This document shows, in pieces, positions 45,299-50,642 of a stretch of 50,642 nucleotides of DNA. Source of the stretch: a virus (Duplodnaviria > Caudoviricetes); IMG/VR virus record IMGVR_UViG_3300030098_005849, positions 1 to 50,642 of that record; one strand, given 5' to 3'. The notes under the pieces are model-generated. The model had not been told where the DNA came from. It ran no database searches and saw only the letters and a list, made by a program, of their open reading frames with translations. Positions within the stretch are counted from its first letter, which is position 1. Every line of letters begins with the position of its first letter. A program made the translations under genes and the position numbers.

Positions 45299-46042
45299 CT
45301 TTTGACTGATAATTGGTCTAGGGTGTTCGTATTTTTTATTTAATGGAAAAGGGCAAACTTCCTCTAGGTAACTAACTTTAAAGTCTACTTGTCTTTGAGT
45401 CATCAGATAGTCATGGGTATTCAAGTTGTCAAAGGTATTGTTTCGTAACCCTGTTATCTTTACTACATCTACCCCATAAGCATTGGCTAACATAATCCCA
45501 TAGGGGCTAGTAGTTTGAAGGTGATTAGCAGATCTAATCGCATGGATTATTTCATCAGGATTAGCATGAGGATGGATTACCAACATTGAATCGACTACCC
45601 AATTTTGATTAGCAAAGTATTCAAATTCTGCCTCATCCGAAGGAAGCAAGACTGCATCAAATTCCCTAGTCCTTTCGGGAAGGAAAAAGTAGGGAAGCAA
45701 ATGCCACAAGAAACCACAGGGTTGTTCTCTTAAATACATATAATCTTTGGTAGTGAGCTCACATAAAGACTGTGATCCTCTTCCCCATATAGCTCGAATG
45801 TCTACGTTTGGAGCGATACGATCCTGTCTAGAAAAGAATCCTGCCCCAAAAACTATCGTGCCAGGTGCTGCCATATGTGCTATTGGATGACCCCCCAATA
45901 TCCATTCTTGATTAGATTCCTCATCTTCCTCTTCTAATCCTGCTACCTTCACAAAGAAATCAGTCAATTTAAACTCGAAATTATCCTTATGCAAAGGCTC
46001 GATATAAGGGCAATTCTCTGGGGTAAATCTAATTAAACGCAT
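45284..46042 (-). CDS. Polysaccharide pyruvyltransferase (ExoV-like) homologue, degenerate
   Basis: DNF, VFGAGF, IRAIWGRG, IRSANHLQTTSPYGIMLANAYGV (cf. SSSLHGLI.A.AYG); SD AGGAG. Confidence 0.6.
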   Translation of the reverse strand: MRLIRFTPENCPYIEPLHKDNFEFKLTDFFVKVAGLEEEDEESNQEWILGGHPIAHMAAPGTIVFGAGFFSRQDRIAPNVDIRAIWGRGSQSLCELTTKDYMYLREQPCGFLWHLLPYFFLPERTREFDAVLLPSDEAEFEYFANQNWVVDSMLVIHPHANPDEIIHAIRSANHLQTTSPYGIMLANAYGVDVVKITGLRNNTFDNLNTHDYLMTQRQVDFKVSYLEEVCPFPLNKKYEHPRPIISQKLNPA

Positions 46043-46208
46043 GTAAAGCTCCTATTAAAAGACTCTCCTGGCTGCGGTAACCAGGAGAATCCAGAAGAGA
46101 AGAGAATGAGCGAATCAATATGAGCATGGGCTACTGGTGTTGTAGCCCAATACTCTACTTGGGGGGAGACTAAATAATTATACAGTATATAATACATATG
46201 GGTGAAAA

Positions 46209-46496
46209 ATGGATAGTGCAGCATCATTTTTAAAAGCCGTTGAAGCGGTAGGATTCGAAGCAGCAATGGCTATTGCTGGCTTCTTAGCCTTCTTTTTTAC
46301 CGTTAAATGGATGATGAAGACTTTAACAGACAAGTTAGACAAACAATTTGGTATGATTGTAAAGTTAATAGATCGTATTAGGATACTTGATAACGACATA
46401 ATTAGGCTAGAAACTATGATCCGTATCATGAAAGATATGCCACCTGATTGGGAAAGGTTAGGTAAACGAAATCCAGAAGACATTAGAAAAGACTGA
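46209..46496 (+). CDS. N-terminal TM plus coiled coil protein (holin-like)
   Basis: AAMAIAGFLAFFFTVKW followed by LIDRIRILDNDIIRL. Confidence 0.65.
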   Translation: MDSAASFLKAVEAVGFEAAMAIAGFLAFFFTVKWMMKTLTDKLDKQFGMIVKLIDRIRILDNDIIRLETMIRIMKDMPPDWERLGKRNPEDIRKD

Positions 46497-46708
46497 ACGA
46501 TGTTTATACTGCTATTCACAAGCAGGATATGTATATGTGCATAGTCACTATCAATGCGTAAGCTGTCATACTAATGTTGAACCTTGTTGCCAAGGTATGA
46601 AGAATGCCTCTCTCCCAATCCGTGGGGAGAACATCTCCCACCCCAAACATTGAGGTGCGTTTTTTTCATGAAAGAGAGACATCCTTATTTGTACTTAAAT
46701 AGTGTATC

Positions 46709-46754
46709 AAAGAAACAACTCCCCCCAGCAGATCTGGTTAACTAAGGGGAGTTG
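46709..46754 (-). terminator. Probable terminator after the SSB gene
   Basis: CAACTCCCC...GGGGAGTTG stem with inner CCAG/CTGG, followed on the - strand by TTTCTTT. Confidence 0.6.
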
Positions 46755-46762
46755 AATCTAAG

Positions 46763-47278
46763 TTAATTACCTACAAGATACTGAAGATACTCAGTCTTAT
46801 AGGTTCGGGTGCCTCTCTGATTGTATTGGCAACGAATCATTGCCACTACTGCACTATCACCATTGAACTTAGCTTGAACGCTATCAATAGCTGAAGGCAG
46901 ATCGTTTACTGCTTCACCCATTAAAGTTTTAAGGTGACCTTTGAATCTTTCCATTTCGATTCGTGTGCGGGTTTTAGATCCATCATGTGTAAGAACATTA
47001 GAATCTTTGATCAGGTTGAAAGGAGCACCCTTCCACACCAAAGCAGTAGATCTATCGGGGTCATCTACCAACTGGTATTCGAATTGAATCATGATTGATG
47101 GAAACTCTTGACCATCTGATGATTGACGGAACGAAGCGTTCTCATCTATTTTCATACCAAGAACATAACATTCATGGTTACCTGCTGCAGGCCATTCTCC
47201 TAGTGAACCAAGACCTTGGTCAGCAGTTGCGTTGTTGTATTCATCTTGTAACGATGCGAAGATTGCGGATGTACTCAT
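46763..47278 (-). CDS. Single-stranded DNA-binding protein (DUF669-like)
   Basis: P.AG.H.C.V start of an OB-like fold; directly after the Sak4-like ATPase. Confidence 0.55.
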   Translation of the reverse strand: MSTSAIFASLQDEYNNATADQGLGSLGEWPAAGNHECYVLGMKIDENASFRQSSDGQEFPSIMIQFEYQLVDDPDRSTALVWKGAPFNLIKDSNVLTHDGSKTRTRIEMERFKGHLKTLMGEAVNDLPSAIDSVQAKFNGDSAVVAMIRCQYNQRGTRTYKTEYLQYLVGN

Positions 47279-48165
47279 TTAGTATTTCCTTCTATTGCGG
47301 TTTTATATTTTAAGGCGAAATCATTCCAAGCACCCTGCTTCGGAACTTCAAAAGAATCGGGTAAGTTCACACGACATTTAGTAATACCGCTTAATGACTC
47401 GTCATTTACTTTAACGAAGTGCTTACTTACTTTAGAAGATACAGTCTTCTGTGGACCAGGCTTACCACCTGGGCCTTTCATTTGTACAGTTTTACTTTCA
47501 GTTACCCAAGAGTTTTCAAAGGCTATAACCAATTCAAACAAAGGGAATAAACGTTTATAGAAACTATCTGTGATAGTCAGTTCAGGTCTAATAATATATC
47601 TGTCATCACCTAAAGGGATCTTGGCATTGACAATGTGACATATGTAATAGAACCCGTATCCATACTTTCGGATATCGGTAGCGAAACGAACGAGTTCTTC
47701 GTAGACATCATCCCATGCTCTACGCCCATCCATTTCCTTCCAAGTTTTCTTTCCTGCTTTTTCGGTGACATGATCTTTCACCATAGAGATGGCAGGATTA
47801 AGTGAATCAACTACTACTGTTTCAGGTCTAGGAACATCATCCTTCGCCATCTGTATAAGTTGTTCTTTTTTGTTTAGGACTGCTTGCCAATTTAGAACCA
47901 TAGGTTTGTTACCTACATCTATAGCTCTTCCTTGTGCATCTACACCAGGCCACATACACGCTTGTGGTTCATCGTTCGTGGTACTACTAGCGTCTGTGTT
48001 TATGATGAATGCTTCAGGATTAGATTGTATGAAGCAAGACTTTCCTGATCCAGGCATACCTACAAGCAAGCCTAGAAGTTTGCCAGGAGGATGTATCATC
48101 TTCTCGGCAGCGAATCCAAGTTGTGAATATTTATTCACGGGTTTATCTAAAAGGGTTTGTTTCAT
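47275..48165 (-). CDS. AAA_24 / Sak4-like ATPase (recombinase)
   Basis: Walker A GMPGSGKS, Walker B VVVDSL, ICH, terminal TKCR. Confidence 0.8.
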   Translation of the reverse strand: MKQTLLDKPVNKYSQLGFAAEKMIHPPGKLLGLLVGMPGSGKSCFIQSNPEAFIINTDASSTTNDEPQACMWPGVDAQGRAIDVGNKPMVLNWQAVLNKKEQLIQMAKDDVPRPETVVVDSLNPAISMVKDHVTEKAGKKTWKEMDGRRAWDDVYEELVRFATDIRKYGYGFYYICHIVNAKIPLGDDRYIIRPELTITDSFYKRLFPLFELVIAFENSWVTESKTVQMKGPGGKPGPQKTVSSKVSKHFVKVNDESLSGITKCRVNLPDSFEVPKQGAWNDFALKYKTAIEGNTK

Positions 48166-48611
48166 CCTATATCAATTCCTCCAAATTTTTCAAAATCAGT
48201 TTTTGTGGGTTTGACAAAGTTACCAGAACCTTGCACTTTTTGCAACTCTTGAGTATTAGTATTTTGAATATTTTTTACTGGCTCTGGAATGTTAGTTTGA
48301 ATCCTTACTTGAGTTTCAAATTTAATTCCTAAGTATTCACACCAAGTATTGAACTGCTTCAAAGTTATTACAGTTTTATATTTCTTTTGAAAAGATTGAT
48401 GTAACTCTTTAATGTTTTTAGGCATCTGTTTAGTTACTGATAACTCACCTAGTAGTTGATCTATAAAAGGATAGATTAACTTGGAAGCTATTTCTTTATC
48501 AAATCTTTTTGTCCAACACAACGGTGGTTTCTTTTGGGAGGCTACGCTCCCCGCACTTTGGGCGGGAGCGGATGCCGACTTAGAGGAACTTGACTTCTTT
48601 GTCACGGTCAT
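48162..48611 (-). CDS. Hypothetical protein, possible winged helix
   Basis: 149 aa; IKELHQSFQKKY..VITLKQFNTWC..LGI; ATGA coupling to the next gene. Confidence 0.55.
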   Translation of the reverse strand: MTVTKKSSSSKSASAPAQSAGSVASQKKPPLCWTKRFDKEIASKLIYPFIDQLLGELSVTKQMPKNIKELHQSFQKKYKTVITLKQFNTWCEYLGIKFETQVRIQTNIPEPVKNIQNTNTQELQKVQGSGNFVKPTKTDFEKFGGIDIG

Positions 48612-49791
48612 GAATTTTAAATCCTTCCTTTATTATTGAATTCCATAGAGGTACTGGTTGTAAATAGAACTCTGCGTATGGAGACTTTTGTCCATGTGAA
48701 TACAAGTATTTAGATGACTTCATAAAGTCAGTAGGGTTAGCAATTTTACTAGCATAGTCTTTAATAAACTTTATCTCTTTCTTGTACTGTTGTTTTTCTA
48801 GGTCTGTTTTTTCTAAACTGCATACTGAGATAGATACAGGAGGATTAGATTCTCTATCTGCTTTCTTATCTAAGAAATCTCCTGCTCCTTTGTACCAATC
48901 TTCACACCTTTGAATATAGTTTTCTAACTTAGGTTCTCCGTAAAAGTTTTTCTCTACTATGGTTTGTCCTTTTCGAGGTCCTCGTTTTAATGTTTTCTCA
49001 TTCATCTCAAAATCTCTATCACGTATTCCAAACTTAATAGTAGGTTTCTGTACCGCTACATGAATCATCCCCCCAACTTTTGCATGTTTTGGTAGATCAA
49101 AATGTTCCAATACTTTTGCTTTAGTATCTTCAAGTATGTGAGTGTAGTGTCTTGTTTGGAACTCAATAGGGCAAAGCCTTAGTCTATCTATAGGAGACAT
49201 AGCTGTGGTTTTGTAGTCAACTATCCATACACTATTCTGTTCTTTGTGGTAAAGAAGTACATCAAAAGTTGCTGCCCTGGGAACTACTTCATCTGTCATT
49301 ACTGAAACTTCAGTCCCTAACAGTTGCCAATAGTCTTGTGTGCAGTAATCTACGAAGGAAAATCCATTGGACATCCTTACTTTATAAAGGGCTTTGCACC
49401 AAGCTTTGGCTTCTTCAGAGAATCTCTCTTCTTTCTGGATTACTCCATCTTTAGATTCTCCGATGATTCCGTAAGTACGACAGATCTCATCCAATTCAAC
49501 TTCTCTTCTTTTCCATGCAGCCAAATACTTTTCATCACGCACAGATTCTTCTTCATGGAAGTGTTCCATGTAAGTGTGAAACCATGAGCCATGACTTAAA
49601 GCCTGTGACTGTTGGAAAATTGGAATAAGACCTAGTCTCCTTGACAGATAATACTGAAAGGGACAGTGAAGTATCAGTTCGAAATCAGAACTCCTTATGC
49701 TAGGAACTCTGCTTTCTATCAATTCTGTTTCCAGAAATTGTCTTTGTTGGTCACCAGTAAATACTGGAACCTCTACCGCTTGTTTTGTCAT
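48580..49791 (-). CDS. PD-(D/E)XK (RecB/Cas4-like) exonuclease
   Basis: RSSD...CPFQYY, GSWFH, TFDVL, IVDYKT, Q..HY; SD GGAGAG. Confidence 0.85.
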   Translation of the reverse strand: MTKQAVEVPVFTGDQQRQFLETELIESRVPSIRSSDFELILHCPFQYYLSRRLGLIPIFQQSQALSHGSWFHTYMEHFHEEESVRDEKYLAAWKRREVELDEICRTYGIIGESKDGVIQKEERFSEEAKAWCKALYKVRMSNGFSFVDYCTQDYWQLLGTEVSVMTDEVVPRAATFDVLLYHKEQNSVWIVDYKTTAMSPIDRLRLCPIEFQTRHYTHILEDTKAKVLEHFDLPKHAKVGGMIHVAVQKPTIKFGIRDRDFEMNEKTLKRGPRKGQTIVEKNFYGEPKLENYIQRCEDWYKGAGDFLDKKADRESNPPVSISVCSLEKTDLEKQQYKKEIKFIKDYASKIANPTDFMKSSKYLYSHGQKSPYAEFYLQPVPLWNSIIKEGFKIHDRDKEVKFL

Positions 49792-49806
49792 TCATTCTCT
49801 CCATAT

Positions 49807-49844
49807 AAAAAGGGGCGAGAAGATCTAGTGTGACCCCTCGCCCC
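49807..49844 (-). terminator. Rho-independent terminator after 49877..50299
   Basis: - strand GGGGCGAG...CTCGCCCC followed by TTTTT. Confidence 0.7.
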
Positions 49845-49876
49845 CACTCTCTGGGGTTTAATTGTAAAACGTAATC

Positions 49877-50299
49877 TTAAGGAAGACGTGTTCTGATTCT
49901 TAAAGTAATATTTACACCTTCAATATCTGAAGCATTATCACCTACTTTAAGAGCAATCCTTGAACCTGCTGGAATTATGTTTGCAGTTTCAGTAATGGTA
50001 AAAGTAATTGTTGAATCAGCAGTAGCACCACTAGTTGGACTATTGGTAAAAGCAGTACCAGATCCTTCAGGACCAGTTCCAGCTGCTACCGCTTGAAGAG
50101 TATATGTTGCATTATTACCACCATCGACTGTTGTGAAAGACATGAAAGCTGCATCAACTATAGTATCTTGTTCGCAATACATAATATAAGCATCATGAGT
50201 TAACTCTGTATCTACTGTATCAACACTAAGTGTAACACTTACATACTGACAAATTACATCTGGACATTCCTCTACGGGAAGAACTTTTACACCTGCCAT
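49877..50299 (-). CDS. Probable virion beta-sandwich protein (capsid decoration-like)
   Basis: 140 aa, acidic, T/A/V-rich; SD AAAGGA; followed by a terminator. Confidence 0.55.
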   Translation of the reverse strand: MAGVKVLPVEECPDVICQYVSVTLSVDTVDTELTHDAYIMYCEQDTIVDAAFMSFTTVDGGNNATYTLQAVAAGTGPEGSGTAFTNSPTSGATADSTITFTITETANIIPAGSRIALKVGDNASDIEGVNITLRIRTRLP

Positions 50300-50300
50300 C

Positions 50301-50497
50301 TTACTTATCCTTTCTTACAGCATTCTTTGCTGAACCCGAGCATTTTTTTAATTTTGCAGATGATTGGTTGCCCGAGAAAAGTCCCCGCCAGGAAGCTGGC
50401 GACCATCCACCCGATATTTCCGATGATTGAGGTAAACATTTTTTTCTCCTACCAAATCGGTTCCACACGTAAAAGCCTATTATACCAAAACAAATTA
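50301..50497 (-). CDS. 3' part of the join-spanning membrane lipoprotein (starts at 310)
   Basis: Frame continuous through the 145-bp overlap; end of the third TM helix, then RFGRRKK. Confidence 0.8.
50305..50439 (-). CDS. 44-aa single-TM protein overlapped in another frame (MFTSIIGNIGWMVASFLAGTFLGQPIICKIKKMLGFSKECCKKG)
   Basis: Not in the ORF track. SD AGGAG then A-run then ATG 50439; TAA at 50305-50307; hydrophobic N-terminus and basic tail. Confidence 0.7.
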   Translation of the reverse strand: MFTSIIGNIGWMVASFLAGTFLGQPIICKIKKMLGFSKECCKKG

Positions 50498-50642
50498 GTA
50501 TGCTAGGGATTATAATCCATTTTGCATAATTTGCCATAGCAACATTGAAAAGAATTACTCCTCCTGCTCCCATAAGGGGCCACCATCCTCGTTTTCCACG
50601 GGTTACTGTGAGCATTACAATGCCAGCACCTATGCATAAGGG
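50498..50642 (+). repeat. Terminal direct repeat / circular overlap, copy 2
   Basis: Matches 1-145 with one mismatch. Confidence 0.97.

Larger units (their letters stand above)
1..50642. mobile_element. Complete (circularly assembled) tailed dsDNA phage genome, probably lytic and podovirus-like
   Basis: Terminal overlap; TerL-portal-scaffold-MCP block; ejection-type proteins and no tape measure, tube or sheath gene; PolA and SF3 helicase; no integrase or repressor recognised. Confidence 0.93.

Noticed and set aside
46033-46700. Small - strand ORFs 46033..46266 and 46178..46519, and short frames in 46497-46700
   Set aside because: They overlap the better-supported + strand gene 46209..46496 or lack a convincing start and SD; a short gene at 46033..46199 cannot be excluded
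14859-48332. Many antisense or shadow ORFs in the track (e.g. 14859..15308, 16181..16489, 31014..31322, 40734..41054, 44262..44705, 47789..48214)
   Set aside because: They lie wholly within well-supported genes, lack SDs and show composition mirroring the real frame
48580-49791. Cas4 as a sign of a CRISPR system
   Set aside because: Generic PD-(D/E)XK nuclease in the usual nuclease-Sak4-SSB module, without the C-terminal Cys cluster
1-50642. Alternative genetic code or stop reassignment
   Set aside because: Standard code 11 gives dense, full-length genes, and TAA, TAG and TGA all serve as coupled stops
1-50642. Diversity-generating retroelement, introns, inteins, tRNAs, integrase
   Set aside because: No RT motif, no TR/VR pair, no interrupted core genes, and no cloverleaf or recombinase motif recognised by eye; tRNAscan/Infernal not run

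Overview
The window is one apparently complete, circularly assembled dsDNA bacteriophage genome of about 50,497 bp. Bases 1-145 recur at 50498-50642 with one synonymous mismatch, and an ORF reads through the join. It is AT-rich and has two divergent arms that split at about 14820-14886. The + arm (14887-45298) looks like podovirus morphogenesis: TerL, portal, scaffold, major capsid, adaptor, two collagen-repeat fibre proteins, glycosyltransferase-like genes, a 1670-aa tail/nozzle protein, several helical ejection-type proteins (one with an N-terminal SLOG domain) and a metallophosphoesterase. The - arm carries a D5/P4-type SF3 helicase, an iteron-type origin, and small early genes each preceded by a bulged hairpin. 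It continues with a DUF932-like protein, an i-type-lysozyme-like muramidase, a family-4 UDG-like protein, family A DNA polymerase and an ERCC4 nuclease. A virion/membrane block follows (four tandem ultra-basic proteins and a lipoprotein that spans the join), then a PD-(D/E)XK nuclease, Sak4-like ATPase and SSB. I found no integrase, repressor, RNA polymerase, primase, reverse transcriptase, tRNA or CRISPR array. The most interesting signals are: (1) a SLOG domain on an ejection-type protein with an internal in-frame start; (2) a collagen/Cys-rich fibre plus Maf-like glycosyltransferase cassette; (3) nested domain insertions in the tail protein; (4) the early bulged-hairpin array; (5) the basic-protein cluster with its lipoprotein and overlapped membrane ORF; (6) several enzymes with altered catalytic motifs. 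All family calls come from motif recognition by eye, not from database searches.
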